From Trueperaceae bacterium (GTDB lineage Bacteria > Deinococcota > Deinococci > Deinococcales > Trueperaceae): a stretch of 34,971 nt of DNA. The notes beneath the pieces are model-generated. The model ran no database searches. It was not told the origin of the DNA and saw nothing but the letters and a program-made list of their open reading frames with translations. Positions 9,100 to 18,768 of the stretch are shown one piece after another. Position 1 is the first letter of the stretch, and the number at the start of each line of letters is the position of its first letter. A program made the translations under genes and the position numbers. The stretch is taken from positions 110,165 through 145,135 of the forward strand of contig JBBDRK010000029.1 in the NCBI GenBank assembly GCA_040905465.1. The letters run 5' to 3'.

Positions 9100-10149
9100 A
9101 TGAAAATACTGGTCACCGGCACTGAAGGCTATCTGGGATCGTTGCTGGCGCCGTACCTGATGGCGCGCGGGCACGACGTGACGGGCGTGGACACCGGCTT
9201 CTATAAGGAGGGCTGGCTCTACAACGGCCTGGACCGGACGCCGCTTACGCTGGTCAAGGACTTGCGGCGGCTCGAGCCCGGGGATTTCGAGGGGGTCGAC
9301 GCGGTCGTGCACATGGCCGAGCTTTCCAACGATCCGGCGGGAGCTCTGGCGCCCCAGATCACCTATCAGATCAATCACAAGGGATCGCTCCACATCGCCC
9401 GCCTGGCCAAGGAAGCCGGAGTTGAAAGATTCGTCTACATGTCTTCCTGCAGCGTCTACGGAGTGGCCGAAGCCGGCGAGGTCGACGAAGACTCGGCGGT
9501 GAACCCGCAGACCGCTTACGGCATCTGCAAGACCCTGGTCGAGCGCGACGTGATGCCGATGGCCGGCGACGACTTCTCGCCGACCTTCCTGCGCAACGCA
9601 ACCGCCTACGGCGCCTCTCCGCGCATGCGCTTCGACATCGTGCTGAACAACCTGGCCGGTTGGGCGTGGACGGCCAAAGAGATCCGGATGACTTCCGACG
9701 GCTCGCCCTGGAGGCCGCTGGTTCACGCCCTGGATATCGCCAAGGCGATCGCCTGCACCCTGGAGGCGCCGCGCGAAGCGGTGCACCGCGAGGTGTTCAA
9801 CGTGGGCGACTCGCGGCACAACTACCGGGTGCGCGAGATCGCCGAGATCGTTGCCCGCGCCTTCCCCGGTTGCGAGCTGTCGTTCGGCGAATCCGGCGGC
9901 GACAACCGCTCCTACCGGGTGCGCTTCGACAAGATCAACTCGCAACTGCCCGGCTTCGCCTGCGAGTGGGACGCCGAGCGTGGCGCCCGCCAGTTGCGCG
10001 AGGTGTTCGAGCGCGTAGACATGGACCTGGGCACATTCGAGTGGCGCGGGTTCACTCGACTCGCGGCGCTCGAGCACCTGATCCGAACCGGGCAGATCGA
10101 CAAGGACTTCTACTGGACGACCCAGGAGCAGAGGGAGGTAGTGGCGTGA
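9100..10149 (+). CDS. NAD-dependent nucleotide-sugar epimerase/dehydratase (extended SDR)
   Basis: GTEGYLGS Rossmann motif, SSCSVYG, YGICK (YxxxK); SD GAGG. Confidence 0.92.
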   Translation: MKILVTGTEGYLGSLLAPYLMARGHDVTGVDTGFYKEGWLYNGLDRTPLTLVKDLRRLEPGDFEGVDAVVHMAELSNDPAGALAPQITYQINHKGSLHIARLAKEAGVERFVYMSSCSVYGVAEAGEVDEDSAVNPQTAYGICKTLVERDVMPMAGDDFSPTFLRNATAYGASPRMRFDIVLNNLAGWAWTAKEIRMTSDGSPWRPLVHALDIAKAIACTLEAPREAVHREVFNVGDSRHNYRVREIAEIVARAFPGCELSFGESGGDNRSYRVRFDKINSQLPGFACEWDAERGARQLREVFERVDMDLGTFEWRGFTRLAALEHLIRTGQIDKDFYWTTQEQREVVA

Positions 10150-10691
10150 TCTTCAGCGAGACCCCGCTCACCGGCGCGTTCGTGATCGACCTGGACAGGC
10201 GTGAGGACGAACGCGGATTCTTCGCCCGCAGTTTCTGCATGCACGAGTTCCTGGAGCACGGCCTGGAGAGCTTCACCGCCCAGTGCAACCTCTCGTTCAA
10301 TCATCAGGCGGGCACACTGCGCGGAATGCACTACCAGTTGCCGCCGGCGGCCGAGGCCAAGCTGGTGCGCTGCACCCGCGGTGCGATCTTCGACGTGATC
10401 ATCGATCTCCGCCCCGATTCGCCGACCCGTCTGCAGCACTTCGGCGTGCGCCTCGACGACGAGAACCGCCGAGCGCTCTACGTGCCTCCCCAGTTCGCTC
10501 ACGGCTACCAGGCGCTCACCGCCGGCGCCGAGGTGAGCTATCAGGTGAGCGAGTTCTATACCCCGGGTCAGGAGCGCGGCCTGCGCTACGACGACCCCGC
10601 GTTCGGCATCGAGTGGCCGCTCGAAGTGACCGTGATATCGGAGAAAGACGCCTCCTGGCGACCGTTCGAGCGCGAGGCGGTGGCTCGGTGA
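10146..10691 (+). CDS. rfbC: dTDP-4-dehydrorhamnose 3,5-epimerase family (RmlC/RfbC-like cupin)
   Basis: DERGFFAR, GTLRGMHYQ, KLVRC, FAHGY. GTG start overlaps the previous stop; the upstream part of track ORF 9660 is spurious. Confidence 0.9.
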   Translation: MIFSETPLTGAFVIDLDRREDERGFFARSFCMHEFLEHGLESFTAQCNLSFNHQAGTLRGMHYQLPPAAEAKLVRCTRGAIFDVIIDLRPDSPTRLQHFGVRLDDENRRALYVPPQFAHGYQALTAGAEVSYQVSEFYTPGQERGLRYDDPAFGIEWPLEVTVISEKDASWRPFEREAVAR

Positions 10692-11998
10692 TCATCGTCG
10701 ACCGGGCCCTGCGGCGTCGGGCGGACGAGGGCAACCCGGTTCGAGTCGGACTGATAGGCGCCGGCTTCATGGCGCGGGGGGTGGCCAACCAGATCGTCAA
10801 CAGCGTGCCGGGCATGGAGCTGGTGGCGATCTGCAACCGCACGGTCGAGAAGGCCGAGGAAGCCTACCGACTGGCGGGCGTGGAGGACGTAGCGCGCCCG
10901 GAGTCGCTGCCGGCCCTGGAGCTGGCGCTGCGGCAGGGCCGAGCGGCGGTGACCGACGATCCTTCGTTGTTGACCGGGTCGGAGGCGATCGACGTGCTGA
11001 TCGAGGCCACCGGCGCGGTGGAGTTCGGTGCCGGCGTGGTCCTCGAGGCGATACGCCAGGGTAGGCACGTGGTGTCGATGAACGCCGAGTTGGACGGAAC
11101 CGTCGGCCCGATCCTGAAGACCTACGCGGACAGCGCCGGCGTGATCCTCACGGCCTGCGACGGCGACCAGCCGGGCGTTCAGATGAACCTGTTCCGCTTC
11201 GTCCGGTCGATCGGACTCACGCCGCTGTTGTGCGGCAACATCAAGGGGCTCCAGGATCCTTACCGGACACCCACTACCCAGCGGGCGTTCGCCGAGAAGT
11301 GGGGCCAGGATCCTCACATGGTCACCTCGTTCGCCGACGGCACCAAGATCTCCTTCGAGCAGGCGATAGTCGCCAACGGCACCGGCATGACCGTGGCCCG
11401 GCGGGGGATGTACGGTTACGACTGGGACGGCCACGTCGACGACGCGACCGAGCTGTACGACCCTGACGAACTGCGTGAGCTGGGCGGGGCGGTCGACTAC
11501 GTGGTGGGGGCCAAGCCGGGTCCGGGGGTGTTCGTCTACGCGACGCACGACGACCCCAAGCAGCGCCACTACCTGAACCTCTACAAGCTGGGCGAGGGCC
11601 CGCTCTACTCGTTCTACGTGCCCTACCACCTGTGCCACTTCGAGGTGCCGCTGTCCGCCGCCCGCGCGGTGCTGTTCGGCGACGCGGTACTGCAGCCGTT
11701 GGCCGGCCCGACGGTGGAGGTAATCGCTACCGCCAAGCGCGACCTGAATGCCGGCGAGGTGATCGACGGCCTGGGTGGTTATCTGACCTACGGCCAGGCC
11801 GAACGTGCCGACGTGGTCGAACGCTCGGGGCTGCTGCCGATCGGCGTGGCGGAGGGGTGCACGCTCACTCGGGACGTTCCCAAGGACGGGGTGCTCGGCT
11901 ACGCCGACGTTGAGCTGCCGCCGGGGCGGCTCGTCGACCGGCTGCGGAGCGAGCAGGCGGAGAGGTTCACGCGGGCCGAGCAGCGGGTGCCCGCCTAA
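10688..11998 (+). CDS. NAD(P)-dependent oxidoreductase, homoserine-dehydrogenase-like with C-terminal SAF domain (COG4091)
   Basis: VGLIGAGFMARG, GDQPG, SFADGTK, PYHLCH, AKRDLNAGEVIDGLGGY, LLPIGVAEG; GTGA overlap start. Confidence 0.88.
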   Translation: MIIVDRALRRRADEGNPVRVGLIGAGFMARGVANQIVNSVPGMELVAICNRTVEKAEEAYRLAGVEDVARPESLPALELALRQGRAAVTDDPSLLTGSEAIDVLIEATGAVEFGAGVVLEAIRQGRHVVSMNAELDGTVGPILKTYADSAGVILTACDGDQPGVQMNLFRFVRSIGLTPLLCGNIKGLQDPYRTPTTQRAFAEKWGQDPHMVTSFADGTKISFEQAIVANGTGMTVARRGMYGYDWDGHVDDATELYDPDELRELGGAVDYVVGAKPGPGVFVYATHDDPKQRHYLNLYKLGEGPLYSFYVPYHLCHFEVPLSAARAVLFGDAVLQPLAGPTVEVIATAKRDLNAGEVIDGLGGYLTYGQAERADVVERSGLLPIGVAEGCTLTRDVPKDGVLGYADVELPPGRLVDRLRSEQAERFTRAEQRVPA

Positions 11999-12101
11999 GT
12001 CGTCGGGGGTCGATCGTCACGTCGCGGAAGCGCACGTCTCGCTATGGTCGGCAGTGGGCACCGTTTTACACATTTGGGTCTCACATATTGGGGGGAGCAG
12101 C

Positions 12102-12914
12102 ATGAAAGCAGTGATACTGGCCGGGGGATTCGGAACGAGGTTGCAGGAGGAGACGGTACTTCGTCCCAAGCCGATGGTCGAGGTCGGCGGCAAGCCCATC
12201 CTCTGGCACATAATGAAGATCCTCGATGCGAACGGGATCAACGAGTTCGTCATCGCCCTGGGTTACAAGGGCGACTTCATCAAGGAGTACTTCCTCAACT
12301 TCTACGCCATCAACAACGACATATCGATCGACCTGGCCGCAGGGCTGACCACGATCCACGACGGCAACCAGCCCGATTGGAAGATCCATCTCGTCGACAC
12401 CGGACTCAACACCATGACCGGCGGCCGCCTGAAGCGGCTCAAGCCCTGGCTCGAAGGGGAAGACACCTTCCTGTTCACCTACGGCGACGGGGTCACCGAC
12501 CTCGACCTGAGCTCGCTGCACGCCTTCCACCGGAGCCACGGCCGGCTCGCGACGGTCACCACCGTCAAGCCGCCCTCGCGCTTCGGCAACCTGGCGTTCG
12601 AGGGCGACCGCGTCACCAACTTCTATGAGAAGCCCTCCGACGGCGAGACCTGGATCAACGGCGGCTACTTCCTGCTCGAGCAGGGTGCGATCGACTACAT
12701 CACCGGCGATGAGACCGTATGGGAGAAGGACCCGGTTGAGAAGCTGGTGCAAGACGGCCAGATGATGGCCTACCGGCACCGCGGTTTCTGGTCCTGCATG
12801 GACACGCTCAAGGAGCGGAACATGCTCGAGGAGCTTTGGGAGTCGGGCCAGGCGCCCTGGCGGGTGTGGGACCGCCGGCACGAGCGGACCCCGGAGCTGT
12901 CGCTGGGCGTGTAG
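12102..12914 (+). CDS. rfbF: Glucose-1-phosphate cytidylyltransferase
   Basis: MKAVILAGGFGTRLQEET, PKPMVEVGGKPILWHIM, TMTGGRLKR, TYGDG, WINGG, GFWSCMDT; SD GGGAG. Confidence 0.95.
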   Translation: MKAVILAGGFGTRLQEETVLRPKPMVEVGGKPILWHIMKILDANGINEFVIALGYKGDFIKEYFLNFYAINNDISIDLAAGLTTIHDGNQPDWKIHLVDTGLNTMTGGRLKRLKPWLEGEDTFLFTYGDGVTDLDLSSLHAFHRSHGRLATVTTVKPPSRFGNLAFEGDRVTNFYEKPSDGETWINGGYFLLEQGAIDYITGDETVWEKDPVEKLVQDGQMMAYRHRGFWSCMDTLKERNMLEELWESGQAPWRVWDRRHERTPELSLGV

Positions 12915-12978
12915 GCCCAGCCGGTGTCAGCCGGAGTCAGACGTCGCAAGTGGCGAGCTGCCTCCGGTCGTGCAGGCC

Positions 12979-13515
12979 TCAGACGAAGATATCGGGTACG
13001 TCGCCCAGGGTGACGAACGAGTCGGCCATGTCCACCAGGGACTGGCCGACGCTCTCTTTGAAAGCCAGCACCTCCACCCGCAACCCGCGCTCCTGGGCGA
13101 ACTCGAGGATGGGCACGAAGTCGGCGTCGCCCGAAGCGAGGGCAAGAACGTCCGTGTGCCCCAGCGCCCGCACCATGTCTGCGGCGATCCCCATGTCCCA
13201 GTCCCCTTCCATGACCGTATGCCCTTCATCGTCGATCCGGTGAACGCGCACCTTGCGCCGCCGCACCCGGTAGCCGAGCATCGACAGCTTGGTGATGAAG
13301 CCGTAGGCGGTCGAGTCCCCCTCGCGCTCGACCACGTATGCCGTGGCGTGCGCCAGGCGCCGGCTGCCTGCGGCTACCTGAAGCAGTCGCTGGTAATCGA
13401 CATGACGGTCGAACACGTCACGCGCCGCGTAGTAGAGGTTCTGGGTGTCGACGAACAGGGCGACTCGCTGCTCCGGCCACTCGCCGGGCACGGCGTTCTC
13501 GCGGTTGGGCTGCAT
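12979..13515 (-). CDS. NYN domain (LabA/DUF88, PIN-like) protein
   Basis: FVDTQNL, DWDMGIAAD, SGDADF acidic residues; TAAACT lies 5 nt before the ATG. Confidence 0.9.
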   Translation of the reverse strand: MQPNRENAVPGEWPEQRVALFVDTQNLYYAARDVFDRHVDYQRLLQVAAGSRRLAHATAYVVEREGDSTAYGFITKLSMLGYRVRRRKVRVHRIDDEGHTVMEGDWDMGIAADMVRALGHTDVLALASGDADFVPILEFAQERGLRVEVLAFKESVGQSLVDMADSFVTLGDVPDIFV

Positions 13516-13597
13516 TCCTGAGTTTAACTCTGGTAAGCCCGGCTCTGGTGGTACCGGTAGCTCCGATTACGAGAAGTCGAAGATTGAGATATCGCCA

Positions 13598-14107
13598 TCA
13601 GTCGATGAACTTCGCCATGATCAGGTTGTCCTCGTACCCCTCGCGAGTGCGGATCTGATCCCGCTCGCGACCTTCGAGAACGAAGCCCTCCTCCTGGTAT
13701 AGCCCGATCGCGCCGACGTTGCCGGCCCGCACGTTCAGGCTTATCTTGCGCACCCCCACGCCTCGCGCCCAACTGTAGCCCCCTTCGAGCAGGGCGCTGC
13801 CCACGCCCCGGCGGCGGCGCGTGGGCGAAACGGCCAGCGTCAGGGTGGCGACGTGCCGCAGACGCGCAGGCGCCAGCCGGTGCAGTTCCAACCAACCCCA
13901 CAGCTGCCGTTGATCACCGGCGACCAGCCACAACGACGATTTCGGATCGACGGCTCGGAGCCGCTGGGCGAGGCTCGCCTCGGAGGGCGGGCCATCTCCA
14001 ACGAACCAGCGCTCTTCACGGTAGATCTGCCTCTGTAACGTCACCAGCGCGGCTGCGTCGAACGGCTCGGCTCGCCTTACGACCACGTTGTCGCGGACTT
14101 CGGACAC
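13598..14107 (-). CDS. GNAT family N-acetyltransferase
   Basis: RRRGVGSALL acetyl-CoA motif, NVGAIGLYQEEGF. Start uncertain (GTG 14107 preferred; open to 14182). Confidence 0.88.
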   Translation of the reverse strand: MSEVRDNVVVRRAEPFDAAALVTLQRQIYREERWFVGDGPPSEASLAQRLRAVDPKSSLWLVAGDQRQLWGWLELHRLAPARLRHVATLTLAVSPTRRRRGVGSALLEGGYSWARGVGVRKISLNVRAGNVGAIGLYQEEGFVLEGRERDQIRTREGYEDNLIMAKFID

Positions 14108-14216
14108 GTCAACAAGTATCTCACGGCGATTCCCGACCAGGTGGAACAGCACACCGGACGCGACCTCGGGCTCGGAGCGCACCTGCTAGTGTTGGGAGGC
14201 ATGAAGGAGGCCGCCG

Positions 14217-15389
14217 TTGCGCAAGCTGATTACATCTGAATCCGTGACCGAGGGGCATCCGGACAAGCTGGCCGACCGCATCAGCGACAGCGTGCTCGAT
14301 GCAATTCTGGCGATCGATCCACACGCCCGCGTTGCCGCCGAGACCATACTCACCACCGGGCTCGCGCTCATCGCCGGCGAGATCACCACCAGCGGCTACG
14401 TGGACCTGCAGCGCATCGTGCGCGACACCGTCCGCGAGGTCGGTTACGTCGACGGTACCTACGGAATCGACGCCGATCACAGCGCGGTGCTGATAGCCAT
14501 CAACGAGCAATCACGGGACATCGCCCAGGGCGTCGACCGCGCCATCGAGTCCGACTCGGGAGACGACTTCGATCGGATCGGCGCCGGCGATCAGGGGCTG
14601 ATGTTCGGTTACGCGTCGGATGAAACCGAAGAGCTGATGCCCCTGCCGATCATGCTGGCCCACCGGCTGGCCGAGCGCCTGGCCCAGGTCCGACGCGACG
14701 CCACCCTGGCCTACCTGCGGCCCGACGGCAAGGCGCAGGTGACGGTGCTCTACGACGGCGACCAGCCGGTGAAGGTAGCGACGGTAGTCCTCTCCGCCCA
14801 GCACGGTCCAGAAGTCGAGATGGCCACTCTGCGCCGCGACCTGGAAGAGCACGTGATCCGCCGGATCGTCCCGGAATCGCTGCTCGACGGTACCCGGATG
14901 CTCATCAACCCGACAGGTCGCTTCGTGGTCGGTGGACCCCAGGCGGACGCCGGACTTACCGGCCGCAAGATCATCGTCGACACCTACGGCGGAGCGGCGC
15001 CGCACGGTGGCGGGGCGTTCAGCGGCAAGGATCCCACCAAGGTCGACCGCAGCGCCTCGTACTACGCCCGCTACATGGCCAAGAACATCGTCGCAGCGGG
15101 CCTGGCCCGTCGCTGTCAGGTTCAGCTCGCCTACGCGATCGGTGTCGCTCACCCCGTGGGGCTGTACCTGGACACCTTCGGTACCGGCACCATAAGCGAC
15201 GAACGGCTCGCGGATCTGGCCGCCAGACTGTTCGACGCCCGACCGGCATCGATCATCGCCCAGCTCGACCTCCTAAAGCCGATCTACAAGCCCACCAGCG
15301 CCTATGGGCACTTCGGCCGCGCCGGGTTCTCTTGGGAGCGGACCGACCGGGCCGAGCAGTTGCGAACCGAGGCGCTGGCGATCGCGTAA
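14217..15389 (+). CDS. metK: S-adenosylmethionine synthetase
   Basis: [42 protein letters not shown] before the TTG. Confidence 0.98.
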   Translation: MRKLITSESVTEGHPDKLADRISDSVLDAILAIDPHARVAAETILTTGLALIAGEITTSGYVDLQRIVRDTVREVGYVDGTYGIDADHSAVLIAINEQSRDIAQGVDRAIESDSGDDFDRIGAGDQGLMFGYASDETEELMPLPIMLAHRLAERLAQVRRDATLAYLRPDGKAQVTVLYDGDQPVKVATVVLSAQHGPEVEMATLRRDLEEHVIRRIVPESLLDGTRMLINPTGRFVVGGPQADAGLTGRKIIVDTYGGAAPHGGGAFSGKDPTKVDRSASYYARYMAKNIVAAGLARRCQVQLAYAIGVAHPVGLYLDTFGTGTISDERLADLAARLFDARPASIIAQLDLLKPIYKPTSAYGHFGRAGFSWERTDRAEQLRTEALAIA

Positions 15390-15417
15390 CCCGCTCCAGG
15401 GCGGACTCTTCGCGTCT

Positions 15418-15448
15418 CACGGGCAGCCTCGCTCGGGCGCTGCCCGTG
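15418..15448 (+). terminator. Hairpin after metK (10-bp arms CACGGGCAGC / GCTGCCCGTG), no U-tract
   Basis: Inverted repeat read directly. Confidence 0.4.
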
Positions 15449-15463
15449 TGTTACAACATGCCT

Positions 15464-16327
15464 ATGGCAAGAATCGTGATGGGGAATCGCGATGGCCCGC
15501 TCGCCCTCGCGCAAGCGCGAGCCGTGGTGAGCGAACTGGCCGCCGAGTGGCCCGACGTGCACCTGGTCCAGAAGACGATTCCGACCGGGTCGAATGAAAG
15601 TGACTTCCATGCGCTCTTCGCGGCTCTCGAGAAGGGCGGCGTGAACATCGCCCTCGTCGGCCTCGAACGACTCCCCGCCACGCTTCCGGAAGGCCTTACC
15701 CTTGCCGCCGTGACCAAGCGGCTCGAGCCGCGCGGCGCGCTGGTCGCCAAGGGCGTTCGCAGCCTGGCCGCGTTGGGTCCGGATGCGACTGTCGGGGTTC
15801 AATCGGAGCGCGACAGGGCGTTTCTGGTATCGGCGGGCCACGAGTTTCGGATCGAGCTGCTCGCCGGCCCGATCGACCGCAATCTGGGCCTACTGGCCTC
15901 CGGAGAGATCGACGCTCTCGTACTCCCCTGCTCGACGATGATGGCCCTCGACCGACGCGACCGCGTCGACGCCCTGCTGGATCCGGAGACGTTCGTCCCG
16001 GCCGTCGGTCAGGGATCGCTGGGGCTTGTCGTCCGGGCGGAGGACGACATGTCGTTCGAGATCGCCTACACCGTGCAACACCGGCCGAGCTTCGACCGGG
16101 TGGCCGCCGAACGCTCGTTTCAGGAGTCACTCCAAAACGAGGGGCTGGCGGTCGGCGCTCTGGCCACGGTAGCGCCCGACGGGGAACTCACTCTCCTGGG
16201 CGCCGTTGCCGCCGTCAACAGCGGTGTGCTGCAAGGGACCGTGAACGGCGAAGCACACGAGGCCGCGGAGCTCGGCCGCGAGCTGGCCCAGGATGTGTTG
16301 GAGCAACTGAAGAGCCTGCGAACCTAG
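15464..16327 (+). CDS. Hydroxymethylbilane synthase (HemC)-like protein lacking catalytic and cofactor residues
   Basis: Scaffold motifs RIVMGNR..LALAQ, LPEGLTL, EPR, PAVGQGSLG and AERSF are present; VHSLKD, SSLRR, RGN and GGC are lost. Confidence 0.85.
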   Translation: MARIVMGNRDGPLALAQARAVVSELAAEWPDVHLVQKTIPTGSNESDFHALFAALEKGGVNIALVGLERLPATLPEGLTLAAVTKRLEPRGALVAKGVRSLAALGPDATVGVQSERDRAFLVSAGHEFRIELLAGPIDRNLGLLASGEIDALVLPCSTMMALDRRDRVDALLDPETFVPAVGQGSLGLVVRAEDDMSFEIAYTVQHRPSFDRVAAERSFQESLQNEGLAVGALATVAPDGELTLLGAVAAVNSGVLQGTVNGEAHEAAELGRELAQDVLEQLKSLRT

Positions 16328-16349
16328 ACGATATAGATTGACGTAGGGT

Positions 16350-16580
16350 ATGACACAGAAGGCGTTGGCCGCCAGGCTCAAGGTGTCGTATCCGAAGGTG
16401 AACGAATTGGTGCACGGAAAGCGCGGAATCACCCCCGATACTGCTCTTCGGCTTGCTCGATTATTCCGAACCAGCCCCGAGTTCTGGTTGAACGGTCAGC
16501 TTGCTCGGGACCTGTATCACGCCATGCGATCATCGAACGCGAGCCAGATCGACGAAATAGAACCTGTCGGCACTGTTTGA
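16350..16580 (+). CDS. higA: HigA-family (XRE HTH) antitoxin, orphan and apparently N-terminally short
   Basis: TQKALAARLKVSYPKVNELVHGKRGITPDTALRLARLFRTSPEFWLNGQ. Confidence 0.8.
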   Translation: MTQKALAARLKVSYPKVNELVHGKRGITPDTALRLARLFRTSPEFWLNGQLARDLYHAMRSSNASQIDEIEPVGTV

Positions 16581-16589
16581 CGATAAGCA

Positions 16590-18638
16590 TCAACCAGCCT
16601 TCGCCTCAGCCGGCCTGTCGCTACGGATCCGGTCCGCGAGCGCCTGCGGTACCGCGTCGTAGTGGTCGACCTTCAGCGAGAACGCTCCACGGCCACCGGT
16701 CATGGAGCGCAGGTCGGGCGAGTAGGTCTGCACCTCGGCCAAGGGGACGTGTGCGCTGACCACGCTCACCGACCCCTCGGTGTCCATCCCCTGGATCCGG
16801 CCGCGCCTGGTGTTGAGGTCGCTGATCACGTCTCCGGTATAGCGGTCGGGCACCCGCACCTTGAGCAGTACGATCGGCTCCAGCAGGACCGGTCGTGCCT
16901 CCAGGACCGCCGCCTTGAAGGCGTGGCCGGCAGCGATCTGGAACGCGATGTCCTTGCTGTCAACCGGATGGTCCTTGCCGTCGAACACGACCGCCTTCAC
17001 GTCGACCACCGAAAACCCGCCGAGCGGCCCTTGGTTCAGCGCAGCCCGGATCCCTTTTTCGCACGAGGGGATGAACTGAGAGGGGATCGAGCCTCCCACC
17101 ACCTCGCTGGCGAACTGGAAGCCGCCCGAGCGGGGCAACGGTTCGACGCGCAGCGCTACATCGGCGAACTGGCCGGCGCCACCTGTTTGCTTCTTGTGCC
17201 GGTAGCGGGACTCGGCGCGTGCGGTGACAGTTTCGCGGTAAGGGATTCGTGGCTTGGAGGTGTCCATGCCGGCGTGAAAACGCTCGTCGAGTGCCCGGAT
17301 CGCCGTTTCGAGATGGACGTGCCCCATCCCCCAGAGCACCGTCTCCTGGGTCTCGGGATTGCGCTCGAGCTGCAGCGTCGGATCGGCGTCGAGCAGCTTG
17401 GCCAGCGCCTCGCCCATCCGGTCCTCGTCTGCCCGGGTTCGCGGCAAGAGGGCAAGGGCCATCACCGGCGACGGGAGCCGCAGCGGCTGCAGGCGAACGG
17501 TGGCGCCGGCGGAGCAGAGCGTATCGCCGGTGCGGATGCCGTCCAGCTTGGTGAGCGCCCCGATGCTGCCGGCCGCCAACTCACGCACCTCCGCCAACTC
17601 CTTGCCCTTGGGCAGGTAGAGATGCGCCACGCGCAACTCCTCGCCGCGCTCGCTCACCGCGATGGTGTCGCCGGCCTTCAGGGTTCCACCCAGCACCCGG
17701 ACCATCGAAACCTTCCCCATGTAGGGGTCGATGGTCGTCTTGAACACTCTGGCGCAAAAGGGTGCGTCCCGGCCTAGCGCGGGTGGCTCGCCTTCCAGGA
17801 CCGGCAGGGGCTTGTGGTCCTCGACGCGGCGCACGCCGCCTTTCATGAAGTCGAGCAGCAGGCTGACTCCCATCGCCTTGGTGGCTGAGGTCAGCAGCAC
17901 CGGCGTAAGCTCGTTGCGCCGGACCGCCGCGAAGAACGCCTCGACCAGCGCGTCGTTGTCGATTTCGGCGTCCTCCAGGTAGCGCAACATCAGGGCGTCG
18001 TCGGTCTCCACCACCGACTCCAACAACCGCTCCCGGAACTCCTCGGCCACGCCCCTGACTTCGTCGGGAATCGGGGCCTCCACCGGATGCCCGTCGGGCC
18101 ACAGGTACGCCTTCATGTGAAGCAGGTCGATGATGCCGCGGAAGTCCTCGGCCTGGCCGATGGGCACCTGGATTGCCGCGATATTCCCGATCAGGCTCGC
18201 CTCTATGTCGGCCATCGTCCTGAAGAAGTCGGCATTCTCCCGGTCCATCTTGTTGATCACGAACATCGTCGACAGCTCCCGCTCGAAGGAGCTGTTCCAC
18301 ACGCGTTCGGTACCAACTGCCACGCCCGAGACCGCCGACACCAGTATCAGCGCGGCGTCGGCCGCCAACTGCGCGCCGCGAATCTCGCCCACGAAGTCGG
18401 CGTAACCGGGCGTGTCGAGGATATTGAAACGCTCGCCCTGCCAGGTGATCGGGTGGACCGTGCTGTAGATGGAAATCTTGCGGCGCTTCTCCTCGGCCGT
18501 GAAGTCGGAGCTGGTGGTGCCTTCCTCGACCGTACCCAACGCGGCGATCTCCCCCGCCCGGTACAGCATCGCCTCCACCAGCGATGTCTTGCCCGCCCCG
18601 CTATGGGACAGAATCGCCACGTTCCGGATGTCTGACAT
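16590..18638 (-). CDS. fusA: Elongation factor G-like protein (EF-G2 type)
   Basis: G1 SHSGAGKTS, RKISI in place of RGITI, DTPG, NKMD, KKQTGGAGQF, LRSMTGGRG; ATG 18638 after AGGAG. Confidence 0.93.
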   Translation of the reverse strand: MSDIRNVAILSHSGAGKTSLVEAMLYRAGEIAALGTVEEGTTSSDFTAEEKRRKISIYSTVHPITWQGERFNILDTPGYADFVGEIRGAQLAADAALILVSAVSGVAVGTERVWNSSFERELSTMFVINKMDRENADFFRTMADIEASLIGNIAAIQVPIGQAEDFRGIIDLLHMKAYLWPDGHPVEAPIPDEVRGVAEEFRERLLESVVETDDALMLRYLEDAEIDNDALVEAFFAAVRRNELTPVLLTSATKAMGVSLLLDFMKGGVRRVEDHKPLPVLEGEPPALGRDAPFCARVFKTTIDPYMGKVSMVRVLGGTLKAGDTIAVSERGEELRVAHLYLPKGKELAEVRELAAGSIGALTKLDGIRTGDTLCSAGATVRLQPLRLPSPVMALALLPRTRADEDRMGEALAKLLDADPTLQLERNPETQETVLWGMGHVHLETAIRALDERFHAGMDTSKPRIPYRETVTARAESRYRHKKQTGGAGQFADVALRVEPLPRSGGFQFASEVVGGSIPSQFIPSCEKGIRAALNQGPLGGFSVVDVKAVVFDGKDHPVDSKDIAFQIAAGHAFKAAVLEARPVLLEPIVLLKVRVPDRYTGDVISDLNTRRGRIQGMDTEGSVSVVSAHVPLAEVQTYSPDLRSMTGGRGAFSLKVDHYDAVPQALADRIRSDRPAEAKAG

Positions 18639-18759
18639 CTCCTGGTCCTTTCCACGGTCGAGCCGACTAGACAGGAACACGGTGGTAAACAGCAGGTGGT
18701 CAACGACAGGTGATCAACGACGCTTGGGCAACGCGAGCTCTACCCCTGAATGTTCAGAG

Positions 18760-18768
18760 AGTATAGCA
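18760..18768 (-). promoter_or_regulatory. Extended -10 (TGCTATACT) for the EF-G2 gene
   Basis: TG-n-TATACT on the minus strand about 120 nt upstream of the start. Confidence 0.6.

Noticed and set aside
9660-12101. N-terminal extensions of rfbC, COG4091 and rfbF suggesting fusions or overlapping genes
   Set aside because: Family similarity begins at GTG 10146, GTG 10688 and ATG 12102, each with a stop/start overlap or SD; the extensions overlap upstream genes out of frame
12979-14107. GNAT + NYN as a toxin-antitoxin or defence pair
   Set aside because: The GNAT is a generic type with no RHH antitoxin, the NYN has its own -10 box, and composition is host-like
14108-14216. SAM riboswitch upstream of metK
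   Set aside because: No SAM-I core (AUC..AGA, GCAACC, GUGC) or other recognisable aptamer. A TGCTAGTGT -10-like box lies just before the SD, leaving no room for one.
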